Part shown: positions 28,921 to 42,859 of the stretch, in pieces | Layout: each line of letters starts with the position of its first letter | How positions within the stretch are numbered: position 1 is the first letter of the stretch | DNA from: Eledone cirrhosa | Taxonomy: Eukaryota | Assembly (NCBI GenBank): GCA_964016885.1 | Contig: OZ024743.1 | Coordinates: 30,504,001 to 30,568,000, forward strand | Reading direction: 5' to 3' | Length of the DNA stretch: 64,000 bases | The notes under the pieces: model-generated | What the model saw: the letters and a program-made list of their open reading frames with translations, nothing else | The model's database searches: none | What the model was told of the DNA's origin: nothing | Made by a program: the position numbers and the translations under genes

Positions 28921-31480
28921 TAAATAACAGATTAAAGATCTTTCTTTCCCTTATTACGATGCATTTTCCCCCTACACATAAATATAGTAACATTTTTAAT
29001 AGAAATACTACAATTACTACTCCTCCATCACATTACCACTTCTCCTTAGAGCTATCAATTTCGCTAAAACACTCACAGTGGTTAAGGATTTTGAAGTTGA
29101 TGTCATCCTTAATGCCCGAAAGTCGGTGATTAATTTCGACGACTCTATTTGGATTAAAAAATCCAATAGTACCCCATTCGACGTGAGTATGGGCGCAAGT
29201 GACTCTGCGGAGGTTACTGATCTTATTGGCCTTTTCCTTCTTTTCTCTATCAAGGACGAATTCCCCAACGCGGGCGGTGGTTTGTACCGTGACGATGGTC
29301 TTTTGACCCTGACTAAGTGCGGACCTCGTGCTTGCGACAGGTTCAGAAAAGAACACACAGCCTTCTTTAAAGGCTTCAACCTCTGTATACAGGTTGAGGC
29401 CAATCTCTCGGTCGTTAATTACCTCGACGTTACCCTCAATTTATTGAATGGGTTGTATTACCCGTATAGAAAGCCGAATGATACGCTTAATTACATAAGT
29501 AAGCATTCCAACCATCCTGCCAGCATAACCAAGAACCTGGTAAGAAACTTTCGTTGAGGCTTTCCCGTCTTTCCACCAACGAGCGCATTTTCAACGACCA
29601 TTCCACATATTACAATGAAGCTCTTGCTCGAAGTGGATTTGTCGATAAGGTAGCATATACAGAGTATGAAAATAGACCTAGAAGAAATAGATCCCGTCGA
29701 ATTTGTTGGTTTAACCCACCATATAATATGGAGGTGGCCACACCATTAGTTAAGATCTTTCTTTCCCTTATTACAATGCATTTTCCCCCTACACATACAT
29801 ATAGTAACATTTTTAATAGAAATACTATTAAAATTTCTTACTCTACGACTCCTAACCTTGCACATAACATCACAGCTTCGAATTTAGCTAAACTACCTAG
29901 CTGTAGGAACACGTGCAACCCTGTAGTTAGTGCTAACTGTAATTGTAGGAATCGGGCTGATTGCCCCCTATCCGGGAAATGCCTCTCTACTAACATTGTC
30001 TACAAATGTAAGGTTGTAACACCCACGTCCTGTAGGGCCTACATAGGGTTAACCGCCAATAGTTTCAAGCAGCGTCTTTACATTCATACCCATTCTTTTC
30101 GTTACCCTCTAATAAGGAATATGACGTCACTTTCAGCTTATATCTGGAGTCTAAAAGACAACCACACCCAATATAAGTTACACTGGGAGATCCTAGCTAG
30201 GGCTAGATCTTATAACGGAAATAAAAGACCATGTGACCTCTGCGCCGCTGAGGCCCTGGAAATACTCTACGCCACAGACCTCATCATAAACAAAACATCT
30301 GAGGCAATTTCGGCTTGTAAACATAAATTGCACAAAACTTTCCTGTATTACAGCCACACGTTATACCCTAACGGATAGCACGATCTATACGTGGATATTT
30401 TACGTCTTGATGTGGGAGCTATGTATATGTTTTGTTTATTCCTTTACTTATTTGCATAGGTAAGTATATATAACCCATATGTTTTGTGAAGGAATGTATA
30501 CCTTCTCGTACGTATGTTTGACTGTTATGGCGTATCATTTTTACATATTCTGGTATTTAGGGTTTGGCTATGTGTATACGGGAGTTTTGCGTCCGAGTGA
30601 GTATGCAGGTTCGTACGTATGGTGGGTGTGTGTATATGTGTACTTCTTTTTTTAGTTGACTTACGTCTCCGAACATTCGTGTATTTATTTGTATTTATAT
30701 GTAGGTATGTGTGTGCGCTTGTTATATACGTATTTATTTACTTATATACGTTTATATAATTATTTATTTATTTGTACACAAGCATACACACACACACATA
30801 TTTATATGTGCGTGGTTTTGTATACCTATGGTAAGGTTTTGCGTATGCTTGTGTATGTACGTATCTGTTTGCGTGTATGTATTCATTTGTTTCTATTACT
30901 TCTGTATTGTATTTATTTACTTTGTTTTTAACTCTGTAGCGGAGATTCATTTGGTCTCCTAGTTAGAATTTTAGTCTACGACTTCTGCTATACCATTTAC
31001 GTGGTTTTGTCTTTGCGTGCTTTTGTTCTCCACACTCCACATATGACTTATTATCTTCGTTTTTTCATTCATTGCCAGAGAACGTCTCTATGCACCACCT
31101 AAGAGAACATTAGTCTACGGCCTCTTTTATACCATAAACGTGGTTTTGTCTTCGCGCGTAATTGTTTTTCACCGCTCCTATTATTGACGTATTATTCGTT
31201 TTTTCCCGTTCTTTGCCAGCGAACGTTAACACGAACCAAAGTATCGTCTTCCTGTTTTCCTCCGGTTGCAACGTTTTTTGAAATATCCAGTTCTGCGTTT
31301 ACAGATTGACTTTGTTAGTTTCAGAAGATCCCGTTAAGGGTGAAAGCAGCGATTCTTTGCTTAAACTTTAATCTGTTATTTTAATAAATATTTGCTCTAC
31401 GGTTCTTATATATTTGATACATACTTTCCTTATCGAGCCCTCTTTGGATTTTAGTCTTCAATTTTATTATTATTACTATA
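28921..31480 (+). mobile_element. Penelope-like element, 5'-truncated (RT C-half + CxCx5C linker + GIY-YIG) with 3' pLTR
   Basis: ORFs 29078..29557 (MGA..LYRDDGL, YLDVTL, PYRKPND, SNHP) and 29554..30378 (WFNPPY, CNCRNRADCPL, IVY..YIG), one frameshift; flanked by (TA)n. Confidence 0.95.
31301..31375 (+). ncRNA. pLTR type I hammerhead (U4->A substitution)
   Basis: GTTT-CAGAAGA-T-CCC-GTTAA-GGG-T-GAAA-GCA..TGC-TT-AAAC, with distal ACAGATT/AATCTGT pairing. Confidence 0.7.
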
Positions 31481-31603
31481 TATATATATATATATATACT
31501 ATTTATAATGAGTTCAAAACTCAGGCACTCCTTTACAATGAAATAGCTCAAAGAAAGAAGTATTTCTGAGCCGTGTAATACAAGTTAATATAAATTAATA
31601 TAT

Positions 31604-31730
31604 TGATAAACACAAATACCAACATATCCGTGTATGTATTGTAAATGACTAAGTTAGCTAGATTGAAAAATACAAATTAGTATTTTTCAATCTATCTAAC
31701 TTAGTCATTTACAATACAAACACGGATATA
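31604..31730. repeat. Inverted repeat, ~50-bp arms
   Basis: ATATCCGTGT.TGTATTGTAAATGACTAAGTTAG.TAGATTGAAAAATAC versus its reverse complement. Confidence 0.85.
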
Positions 31731-31738
31731 TTAACTCG

Positions 31739-31776
<38 letters not shown>

Positions 31777-31849
31777 ATAAATATATGTATATATATATAT
31801 ATAATATATATATATGTATGTATGTATGTATATATATATATATATATAA

Positions 31850-33712
31850 AATAAGTAGTTAAGAAAGCCACAACAATGCAGAGGGAAATCTCGAGGTAGG
31901 AAGTGAATGATAGATAGGAGAAACAGGTGAAAGTGAAAATTGAGAGAGACAAAGATGAAAACAAAACAAAGGTAGAAGGGTTACCGTATTGGAGATTTAA
32001 TCCCAATATTTCGGGCTCACGCCCATCAACGGGGGAAAGTTCCAAAAGGGGGGGGGGCAGGCCAAGCGGAGAAAGTTGTGATGTCGTTAAGACAGGAATG
32101 CCGTTATGGGGAGAAAATTATTTAAAATTTAAACGAGTGAAAGAATGCGCGTGCGCGTGATAGGCTGTGGCAAAAGCTACTGACCAAATGGGTTAAATCA
32201 AGAGGGTGCGCTAGCGTGTGAAAGCCGTAAAATATGTGTGTGTAAATATATATTTGTGTGTAACTGTGTGTGTATATGTGTGAGTGCGTGTGTGTGTGAA
32301 AGATAGTGGGCTGCAGAAGCTGGAAATCAAAGGGTGTGAAAGGTGGTAGGTTGTAAAAACATGTGTGCGTGTATAAATATAGATGTGTGTGTGTATGCGT
32401 ATGGGTATGCATATATGTGCGTGTGTGTGAAGATAGCAGGCCGTAGGCTGTGAATGGTCACTATGGTTAAGTTAGCCACGTCAGCTCATTTCTCTCAGCC
32501 CGGTTGTTAAGTGGGGGTCTGAGGTTCTTAATAACAAGTGCTTCCTTTATCCTTAAGGATCCGATGCTGCGTTGAGTCGCTAGGACTGTGACCAAGGGTC
32601 TACCCTGTGGGTTTCCGCATTTAAGGATGTGTTTACGGAAGGAAGATGCGTTGGTGTTGATATGTTCCTTGATACGAACATGTAGGGGTCGGATGGTTTT
32701 ACCTATGTAAAACTTGTTACATTTATCGCATTGAATCTTATATACGACATAGGTGCGTAGGCAATCTGCCCCCCGTATCGGGCAGTTGCTGAGGGAACAC
32801 GTCCCATCCGACTCGTCGGGTTTGTTGGAGAGGCATCTTCGCAGCGAAGGTCCTGTGTGGGCCAAATGTATGTCAAGTCCCTCCGTCCGTATGGCCCTGC
32901 GGATGGCGTTCGTGGTATATTCACTGAGGTGGGGGATTTTAAAGAAGCGCCTGCTTTTAATTAAGTTTCTAGTGGGTGTCTGTCTATTGGGTCTGGGGTC
33001 TCTAATTCCGTTAATCAGTCGCTTGGGATAACCATTAGTTCTGAGTAGATTACGGAATTGCGTGGTATGGGTGAGACCACCCATCGGGTCGCTGCATCTG
33101 TTAGTGATCCTTGTCAGTTCATTTAGGACATAGCCTCTCTTAGCGTTGTTGGGGAAGGCTGAGTTGTAATGCACAAATAAGTCCTTGCACGCTGCTTTGC
33201 GGTAGAAGGTGGTGTTTATGTCTCCTTCTTCCGAGATGTTGATACGGAAGTCGAGGAGGGCGAGTGACCCGTCTTCTCCTGGGTGTTCGATGGTGAAATC
33301 GACGTGATGGTCAGTATCGTTGAAGATTTGGTGAATTTCATTCGCCATCTCCCGGGAAGAAGTAAGTATCAGGATGTCATCAACGTATCTGGAGTAGAAG
33401 GCGACGGCGTTGGGTTGGCAGGTATTGAGTGCCTTGCGTTCCAGGTGGTCCATGTACGAGATCGCAAGTATGCCGGACAGACTAGAGCCCATAGGTAGCC
33501 CAGAGATTCGTTTGTACGTGTGGCCGAGGAAATTGAAGAGTGCATTATCCACAACGAAGGAGAGGAGTTGGTGGATGTCCGTGTGTGTGAGTCCGAAGCA
33601 GTGTAAGTTAGATGCTCGGACTCGTTCGGTCAACATGTCGACAGCTGGGGATGCTGGTACGGAGGTATAAAGGGCGACCACATCAAGACTGAAGGCAAAA
33701 CCGTTGTCCTTT
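31850..33712 (-). mobile_element. Penelope-like element, 5'-truncated, with 3' pLTR
   Basis: Contains the 404-aa ORF; downstream non-coding tail with a decayed hammerhead-like fold (GGGC-GTGA-GCCC-GAAA); in (TA)n. Confidence 0.95.
32467..33681 (-). CDS. Penelope RT + GIY-YIG endonuclease (uninterrupted 404-aa 3' part)
   Basis: [23 protein letters not shown]; VVYKIQC..C..FYIGKT.R.L..RIKEH...EAL.I....P.LN. Confidence 0.92.
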   Translation of the reverse strand: MVALYTSVPASPAVDMLTERVRASNLHCFGLTHTDIHQLLSFVVDNALFNFLGHTYKRISGLPMGSSLSGILAISYMDHLERKALNTCQPNAVAFYSRYVDDILILTSSREMANEIHQIFNDTDHHVDFTIEHPGEDGSLALLDFRINISEEGDINTTFYRKAACKDLFVHYNSAFPNNAKRGYVLNELTRITNRCSDPMGGLTHTTQFRNLLRTNGYPKRLINGIRDPRPNRQTPTRNLIKSRRFFKIPHLSEYTTNAIRRAIRTEGLDIHLAHTGPSLRRCLSNKPDESDGTCSLSNCPIRGADCLRTYVVYKIQCDKCNKFYIGKTIRPLHVRIKEHINTNASSFRKHILKCGNPQGRPLVTVLATQRSIGSLRIKEALVIKNLRPPLNNRAERNELTWLT

Positions 33713-33780
33713 CTGGTGTATATACATATATATATGTATGTATATATACGAGAAATGAAATTTGATTTTTTCCATTTATG

Positions 33781-33903
<123 letters not shown>

Positions 33904-33928
33904 ATTTATATATATATAAATGTGTATT

Positions 33929-33998
<70 letters not shown>

Positions 33999-34049
33999 TA
34001 GATATATATATATATATGACAACTTAAAAAACGGAGTTAAACACTCGCG

Positions 34050-34610
34050 TTAATACCCTATACTTTAATTAGTTCAAGGTTAAATCTGGGCTCTTCTGTT
34101 TCTGGTTGTATTCTATCTCCTATAATTGACCACATACTTCTTTCTGTATTTTTCTGTATATACGGAAATATAAAGAGTCCTTATGCTGTACCTTGAGCTC
34201 ATTAATTTGATATGTTGTCTCCTAATTCATTTCTATATGTAGGTAGTGGTTCCTAAGTTGAATGGTTCTGGGCTGCTATTTCTAGCGCTCTTACGGTATA
34301 TTCATACCAATATGGACTATATAACACGCCTCTTTGCTTCTCTTTACACTATCTGCTTTATATTAGTTATCTGATATATTTTCAGAAGTGTGGACTATAC
34401 TGTAGTCCACCTGTTGATAAGCCTTCTGTAATGGACTCTACACTTTCTATAGCGAAACATCCTCTTATCTGAGTTTGTCCAGGTGTTATATTTATAAACA
34501 AATGGTTTGTGCATTTTAATTTATTCTTTTAATTGATGTGTTTTCTCCTATCCTTTCGTAGACAATATGCTTTTCACTCTGGTGGTATACTATTCCTATA
34601 ATTGAACACA
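34050..34610 (-). mobile_element. Old LINE (CR1/L2-like) 3' remnant
   Basis: Traces resembling 'NSLAxxGPRLFN' C-terminal motif; heavily decayed. Confidence 0.3.
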
Positions 34611-34644
34611 TTCCTCTTTGTGTATTTTGGTCTATATACAGTCT

Positions 34645-34706
<62 letters not shown>

Positions 34707-34710
34707 CATA

Positions 34711-34971
<261 letters not shown>

Positions 34972-34972
34972 G

Positions 34973-35002
<30 letters not shown>

Positions 35003-35003
<1 letters not shown>

Positions 35004-35475
35004 GGGGATGGTCATATTGTTGTAATAATATTCCCAGAATTAATAACAGAACACATTCACTGTTTGGTTGGTTTACGCTTCTGTATCTTTCATATCAGTT
35101 AATTTATTCGGTCCTCAATGTTACCATTGACTGACCAACCGTCAAAAATACAAATATAATATAGACACAAACACATATATATAGTCTAACAAATTTCTTT
35201 CGTTGCACATCTGCAACATCGTCAGTGGTGCTATAATGTTTCCTCCTGTTGTATTTTAGATGTGCAACGAAAGAATTTGCTAGACTATATATATGTGTTT
35301 GTATCTATATTATATCTGTATTATTGACCGTTGGTCAATCAATGGTAAACATTGAGGACCGATAAATAAACCGATATAAAAGATACAGAAACGAAAACCA
35401 ACCAAACAGTGAGTGTATTCTGTTATTAATTCTGGCAATATTATTACAACAATATGACCCTCTCAAGTATAACAA
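35003..35475. mobile_element. Hairpin of inverted Penelope pLTRs (~200-bp arms) with hammerhead at 35182-35233 (-)
   Basis: Arms 35008-35210 / 35258-35460; minus strand CTGACGA-T-GTTGCA-GATG-TGCAAC-GAAA. Confidence 0.85.
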
Positions 35476-35533
35476 TATTTGTTTTGACAGACGATTTCAT
35501 ATAAAAAACCCGCAAAACTAATTCATCGCCGTC

Positions 35534-35602
<69 letters not shown>

Positions 35603-35781
35603 ATGTGTGTGTGTGTGTCTGTGTGTATGTGTGTGTGTGTCTGTCTGTGAGAAAAAACACAGACCGTCCATCTCCATTCTACTTTTGAAAAGCAGAAGAA
35701 CTGCGAAACCGCTAAAAGGAACCAAATTAATATATATTTAAAAAGAAAAGACTCCAGTTGCATTTTCGATTTCTATTTTTC

Positions 35782-35923
<142 letters not shown>

Positions 35924-35924
35924 G

Positions 35925-36720
35925 TATTTGCAGAAACATGACAACGACATACGTAGGTGAGGCAGTTCGAAGCATAAGAGAGAGAATATACCTACACTGG
36001 GGAACTAAAAGGACAAAATGACGGCTCAGTACTATATGAACAGACAAAGACATGATGGTAATATAGACAACATAGAAATTAAAATAATATCTAAATGTAG
36101 AAATGACTCAATAGGTAGACAAATCAGAGAAGCAACTGGAATAGAACTTAGAAAACTAAAGTTGAACAGAAAAAAAACGAATAGAATAACAACAACCATA
36201 TACTAAGGTAAATATAAATAAATAAATTAATGTACAATAACATCAAGCACACATAAACACACACTAGTGAACAAAGATAGAATACAAACGCACATAGATA
36301 CAGACACAAACACATATACCAAAGAGAGAAACACACACGCAAACGCATACGCAAACAGAAAGAGATACAATAATAAATAAATAAAATACAAATGGTTTAG
36401 ACATTTCAATAGAACGGGAGAAAACACAATAGTACCGCTGATGATGTCTGTGATGAACGAACTTTTATAGACTATATATATATATTTATATCTATATATC
36501 CAAAATTAAATTAAGGGTGTCATGTCCGAGAGACATGCGCCATATCCACTGTATGTTTAACCGCTGGTCAATCAATGAGAAACTTTGATTGCCAGATAAA
36601 TTAACTATGGAGATATATACGATACAAAAGCGAAACCCAATCCAAACCAAAGAGGGAGTGTGTTTTATTATTATTTCTGGTAATATTATAACAATATGTC
36701 TCTCCCCAAATATACCAATA
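35925..36720 (+). mobile_element. Penelope 3' fragment (GIY-YIG C-terminus + pLTR related to the 35-kb hairpin)
   Basis: TYVGEAVRSIRERI..H; IEIKII..RQIREATGI..KLN; CTGATGA at ~36438; DNA similarity to 35280-35470. Confidence 0.75.
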
Positions 36721-37049
36721 TATATATATATAACACTATATTTTTGACTTGGAGAAATTCATCATTTTGTAATGATTCAAGTATAATTTGGTTCAAAATT
36801 TGATATCTATCAGGGGATATTTTATAATAATATATATGTATTTTAAAAATATATTATCAAAAACTTCGTTAACAGGCAATTTTTATATGAAATGATGTAC
36901 AAAGAACGCACATTCCACTCGAGAGAGAAAACAAATAATTATTTTTCTCGCATTCTTCAACCCGCCTCTTCATACCACGTCTCGACATTTATCTTTATTT
37001 CACCTACTCTTGCAGATGATGGTTTCTATCTATATACATTATCGACTGT

Positions 37050-37400
37050 CTGTTAGTGAAATTCTATGAAGGTGTCTGTATAATTATACTAAATAATAAC
37101 TCGAATATAGAACACATGAAAGATTGTAAGTTGGCCAAGAATCATACTAAATTGTTAACATTTAACTGCTATTATATTCATAATAACATTAAATATTATA
37201 GAAGATGAATTGTTATGTAGCCAGATGTGCAGTTCTAAGGCCAGCACTCAAATACTTTCAAATTATTTACTAAAATACCAAACATTCGCAGTTACTCATA
37301 ATTCTAAGCTCGTGTGGTTATACACAACCGTTCATAAATATGTTTATATGGTTGCATTTTACAACTGAAATATATTGGGCATTTTAATAGATAATTTGAA
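37050..37400 (+). pseudogene. Inverted paralog of the 45.0-45.3 kb Cys-loop receptor relic
   Basis: GAAAGATTGTAAG..CTGCTATTATATT..CAGCACTCA..TACTTTCAAATTAT..CTAAAATACCAAACAT..TATACACAACCGTTCATAAATA shared with the reverse complement of 45047-45275. Confidence 0.4.
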
Positions 37401-37479
37401 AGTAATTAATTCCCTACCTAAAACTACATATCACTGTATGGTGTTTGTTATATTATATAAGGGAATTGAGGATGAGATG

Positions 37480-38760
37480 AAAATAAAATTAAAATAAAAT
37501 TAAAATAAGATTAAAATTAAATTGGGAAGTTCTATTGGTCAATAAAGTTGATGAAGAAAGTAATATGAACGGTGTATTAACACTTATTGTTATGGAAGGT
37601 ATGTAGTGTAAGATAAAGATTCCTGGTATTATCACTAATAAAAATTCTATTTTATGACCTTGTGCTACTAATGGGTCTGCCTGTATATGGGTAGTTGTTG
37701 GATTCTGGATAGTTGTTCTATTTGGTGGATCGTGTTGAACGACTGTGTCTTTTGATACAGCCAAAAGAGAAAGGAAAGAAACAAAGAATTTATGCGTAGC
37801 TGTTCTTGTATATTTGCTGTTGTGAGATTTATTGAGTATACGTTTAGTGTTGGCATAATTGGGATGTACTCAGTGATATTTTATTTATGTAGATCATTTG
37901 TTTCTTTTATATATCTATTTTGATTATTGCATTTGTATTGTGATTATAAGTTGTTATTCAATGTGGGCGTTATGATTGACATATAGTTGACTGTGGGTGT
38001 ATGTTTTCGTTCTTAAGTGCAGTGGTAATTGCAATGGAATGGCTTTCATATAGGGGATATTTGTGATAATTTGTACATCTGTCCGTCTGCTATAACCAGT
38101 ATTTGCTATGAGTTTTGTGTGGGAAAGAAAGTAACACGGAATCGGGGGCGTGTAAAGTTTGTAGTTGCGGTATGATTTGTATTTACTGGGCCTATCCGTT
38201 GTGGTCATCGTCAAGCAATATGTGAAGAGGTTATTTTGGGAAGTGTTTGCACATATTACGTCCTTCCGTTGTAATGATTGCTCTTCGTTAGGACACCCCA
38301 TTAAAAATAATTCGTTTATAGCTTGATGGTATCTAGCCTTTCTTCCAAGACAGGTTATGAAAGCCGTGGCTCCTGTTAAAATCTGGTTTTGAATACATAG
38401 ACTCTGGACATACGTATGATTTCTTACACTGGTCGAGGTTAATAATGTGTTTAAATATAATGCATTTTCCACACAATATGGTGTTTAGAGACAAGAATGG
38501 TTGTATTGATTTATGTTTCTGTTCTACTAGAGTTACATTTTGATAGCTTTGAGGAGGAATGGTTTGTACGAAGTTAGACGTGCTACTGCATTAACTTGTG
38601 TAGTTAGAGAAATACACAAGTTAATGCCTTTGATGTGTGCATAATGTGGTGTACCTTAAACAAGAATTAAAGATGTATATATCAAACACGGTGCCTATTG
38701 TGATACTCAACTATCTTGAGTGGTGGAAGTGTAAATCCACAAGGGGCGAATGTTCACTAA
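37480..38760 (-). mobile_element. Old non-LTR retrotransposon RT remnant (I/Jockey-like, uncertain)
   Basis: Strand-biased composition and faint NGV.., YxxDD-like traces. Confidence 0.3.
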
Positions 38761-38896
38761 GGTACTATAATTTAAGAAAAGTGTGGCAGTCTAGAGTTAA
38801 TGATGTCGCATAGTGCCTGAGAAATAGAGGAACATGTTATGCATGAAAATGTATTATCAGAATACAGTTACGGGATGTTTGAGACGATATATTTAC

Positions 38897-38955
<59 letters not shown>

Positions 38956-39049
38956 TAAAAGTTAAACGAGGTTCAATGAATACATCAAAGAGTGAGTTTT
39001 ACAATAGATTGGAAGCACTCAACAGCGAAAAAGGTTTTCCAGAGTTATT

Positions 39050-40028
39050 AATATTAATTCAAAATATTAACAAAATAGATATTCTTGTGATCAAGTATAT
39101 TTTATTATACATATTTCAGAGGTACTGACTGAAGTTCAACAGTACGTCCTCATCAGATAAAATAAGATGATGCATGACATACCCTGACATAGTAGATGAT
39201 TAAGATTCAGTCATGGTAGTGAGTAATATATGACAAAACACAATATTTATACCCTAATATTGAGAACATGAGAAACATATATAATACTTACAATAGAGAG
39301 GGTGCGTATAATACAGCTTAAAAAATACATGGCATCAATATAACAGTTAAACAATGTTTTTTTTAAACTACTGAAGAAGGAGGAAAGAAAGAAAAGCATA
39401 GAGGAAGAAACAGCTGATGGGATAATATAGTCAGTAGTTGCCTCAAAAAACAAATGAGAGATGATTAAAGAGAGAGAGAGAGAGACAAACGGGAGTAATT
39501 TATGTTCAGGTTTATAGACAATTATCCATATATGCAATATATATCTAAACTTATTTGGTTGACCGTTAATATTCAAAATATTTAATTTAAGTTATTTCAG
39601 AGTAATGAGTAATATTTTAGGTTTTAAAAGTTAATAGGTATCTGTATTAATATTATAATATACTATCAATTTTAATTTCTAAAATTCAAATATTATGAAA
39701 TCAAATTTAAAGGGTTTACGAAACACGATAAAGAAAATATATAATGCTGTTATACCTCACGAAGGTAATATTTACCAACATTATTTATAATATTGACAAC
39801 AGATTATATAATATAATTTATAAAATGATTATAGTTATAATTATTAAAGAATTTATGATTAACATTTTGAGTGCCTAAAGGATATAAATTTTATTTATTT
39901 TAATTAAATTTAGATTAACTTCGGCTTTTTCAAATATTGTTGAACTTAACTCAGTACCTCTGAAATATGTATAATTAAATATACTTTATCACAAGAATAT
40001 CTATTTTGTTAATATTTTGATTTAATAT
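39050..40028. mobile_element. Inverted pLTR-like arms (39050-39142 / 39936-40028) with hammerhead-like core at 39088-39160 (-)
   Basis: Minus strand CTGATGA-GGAC-GTACTG..CAGTAC-CTCT-GAAA; arms share CAGTACCTCTGAAATATGTATAAT..ATCACAAGAATATCTATTTTGTTAATATTTTGA. Confidence 0.7.
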
Positions 40029-40039
40029 ATATATATATA

Positions 40040-40683
40040 TGTTGTTATACTTTGGGAGGGACTGTTGCCAATACGAAACACACGCACCAGTTGCTTTCAC
40101 TCTAATTTATTATAAATTAAAAAATTAAAAAACATTTATTTTTTTACAAATTTCCGGTTGGTTGGTTGGTTCTACAACCGAACCATTGTTCATATATTGT
40201 CAAAGTTCTTTCGTCACACATTGTGTGACCTCTTCGGTGACTGGGGATTATTTTATTTGTTTTGTGCCTCTCCTTTATTCTGTCCTACGCCATCTTGTTT
40301 TTGTGTGTGTTGTGTGCTTAGTTTGCGCATGTTTTACATACGGGTGTCTGTGTGTGTATTTATTTGTTTATTTATTTGTTTATTTACATGTTACTGGTTG
40401 GTTGTTTGTTCTATGTATGTGTGTGTTTTCATTTTGTCCTTAATTGTAAGTTGTGATGTTGCTATTCCATTCATGTTTTCTATTTAATTATGGTTGGAGT
40501 TCATTTATGTTTATTGCCTCTGTGATTTGCCTAAACATTGCCTCTTTTCTGTGTGTAGATTTTATTTTTATTTCTATGTTCTCTAATTTGGCATGTTGGT
40601 GGAGAATTGATGATTCTTTTTCACCTTGAAGCTCTCGCCAGGGTTTATTTAACAATTCTTCTAAACTACGAGCTGTAGAAACG

Positions 40684-40685
<2 letters not shown>
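40040..40685 (-). mobile_element. Penelope 3' fragment (GIY-YIG end + pLTR) with minimal hammerhead at 40199-40241
   Basis: ORF 40488..40721 HQH..IEIKI..RQITEAININELQP; GTCA-CCGAAGA-G-GTCACA-CAATG-TGTGAC-GAAA-GAAC-TT-TGAC. Confidence 0.75.
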
Positions 40686-40732
<47 letters not shown>

Positions 40733-40824
40733 ACGAAGGAAGTGTGGTAAGGAACCAGATGGACCATAAAGCACTAGAGTACTCAATACTTAGGGTAGTA
40801 GAGTGGGCAATAAGAAAATGCTAA

Positions 40825-40920
40825 ACCCCGACGGCAGAGCTCAAGCCGTTTCGACGGTATTTCTGGACTAAATTAGAACTTTTAGCCTGGTGAATAAATA
40901 GCCGAACTTGTCAAGGGGGT
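40825..40920 (-). ncRNA. Type I hammerhead, U3-A8 core variant
   Basis: CCCC-TTGACAA-GTT-CGGCTATTT..AAATACCG-TC-GAAA-CGGC-TTGAGCTCT-GCCG-TC-GGGG. Confidence 0.75.
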
Positions 40921-42671
40921 ACTTCCTTATATGGGAAGATTGTAGTTGTCAAGAGGATTGGTTAAAATTTGTTGTAAACACAAACAAGTCTATCATGGCA
41001 TTTGGTGGGAGGTAACGTCCATGAAATTTCCTGGACGTTACCCTTAATCTCGAAAATGATCTGTACTACCCATACAGGAAACCAAACGACAACCTGCACT
41101 ACATCCACGCCGCTCTAACCATCCTAGAAACATCACCAATAACCTGCTTAAAAACATCTCCCTCCGCATATCTCGTTTGTCCGCTAATGAGCAGATATTC
41201 GACGAACACGCGCCTCATTACCACCAGGACCTCCGGGAGGAAATATCCTTTTATCCAGATTCCCTTAGCGGATCCAGTAGGCGACACCGCCGCTCACGCA
41301 ACCCAACGTGGTTCAATCCTCCCCCACAATGCCGAGGTGGCACACCTTTCGAGAAAATCTTCTTTAGGCTCATCGAAAAACACTTTCCACTACAACACCG
41401 CTACCACAACATAATCAACAAAAAACCCATCAAACTCTCATAGAGCACCACACCTAACTTCGCACAAAACATCGTCTCCTCAACCAACAAAAAACTCAAC
41501 CCCTATGGAAGAAATAACTTAGACATCAGTGGAGTCCCGACCAGATTGTGTAACTACCCTGATAGATCTACGTGCCCCCTAAACAACAAATGCCGAGAAC
41601 GTAATGTGATCTACCAGTGCAACGTGAGGACGGACACCTCCAACAAAGCTTATATAGGATTAACTGCGTGTGACTTCAACACTCGGCTCTACCAACACCG
41701 ACTTTCCGAAACCCGGTCCGGCGACATGCCACTACACTTTCGGGCCACATCTGGGACCTCCAAGATAATAATATAACCTACAATCTCACTTGGAGCTTAC
41801 TGTCCATAGCTAACTCTTACACGGGATGACGCCGTCCGTGTAACTTATGCTCGGAGGAAACATTACAAATGCTGTTTTCGAAGGACCAACTCCTAAACAA
41901 GAAAGAGGAACTGGTAACCACATGCAATCGCAGATTGCGTAGGACTTACCTCGCCCTCAAACCCCATAATGACCCGGGTGGGTAGACAAGGGGGGATACC
42001 CCTCTACTTGCCGAATAAGTTAGGGGAAACCCCAGCTTATTTAGGTAGACGTATCTATTTCCTTTTCTTTTCCTCTTTGTCTTCTTCTTCCCCCTGTTTC
42101 ATCCTATCACTTCATTCCACCACCTATTTTCTTCCTCGTCTGCTTTCCCCTTTCGGCTACCCCGATGCTGCCCATCGGTCCTCTGTAGCATCAGTTCCCC
42201 ACCCCGGTAATCTTAAGATAGAATTGGCCGAATACGTTTTACTAACTACTTATAGCAGACGTGTTAAACTCCTTTAATTCTGTATCAGTTCTGGTACTAC
42301 TTAATTTCTACAATTGTTTTCTATTCTCAAATTATTAACCTGCAATTGTAAGATAGCATTGTGATTTTTTTATTCATTTCTGACTATCTAATTTTATATA
42401 TTTTTTTATTTATTTCTATTATCTTTTATTGTCTCCTACTCTCATTCGATATACCTATTCTATAAGCTCCCTCCTACACTTCATACTCTATCCTCAGAAT
42501 CTGCTGTATACATATCACTTTAAACGCTTGACCACTCTTCTCACTCCCTATTGTTCTACAGGCAAGTTCAGCCACCCCTACCTCCCACCAAATGCCATGA
42601 TAGACTTATTTGTGTTTACAACAAATTTTAACCAATCATCTTGACAGCTACAATCTTCCCAATAAGGAAGT

Positions 42672-42769
42672 ACTCCCTTGAAAAGTTCGGCTATTTATTC
42701 ACCAGGATAAACATTCTAATTTAATCAAGAAATAGCCGTTGAAACGGCTTGAGCTCTGCCGTCGGGGTC
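42672..42769 (+). ncRNA. Type I hammerhead, U3-A8 core variant
   Basis: TCCC-TTGAAAA(42678-42684)-GTT-CGGCTATTT..AAATAGCCG-TT-GAAA-CGGC..GCCG-TC(42762-3)-GGGG. Confidence 0.75.
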
Positions 42770-42859
42770 ATACTTTTTCCTATTTCCCACTCAACTACCC
42801 TAAGTATTGAGTACTCTGGTGCGTTATGGTCCATCTGGTTCCTTACCACAAATCCTTTG

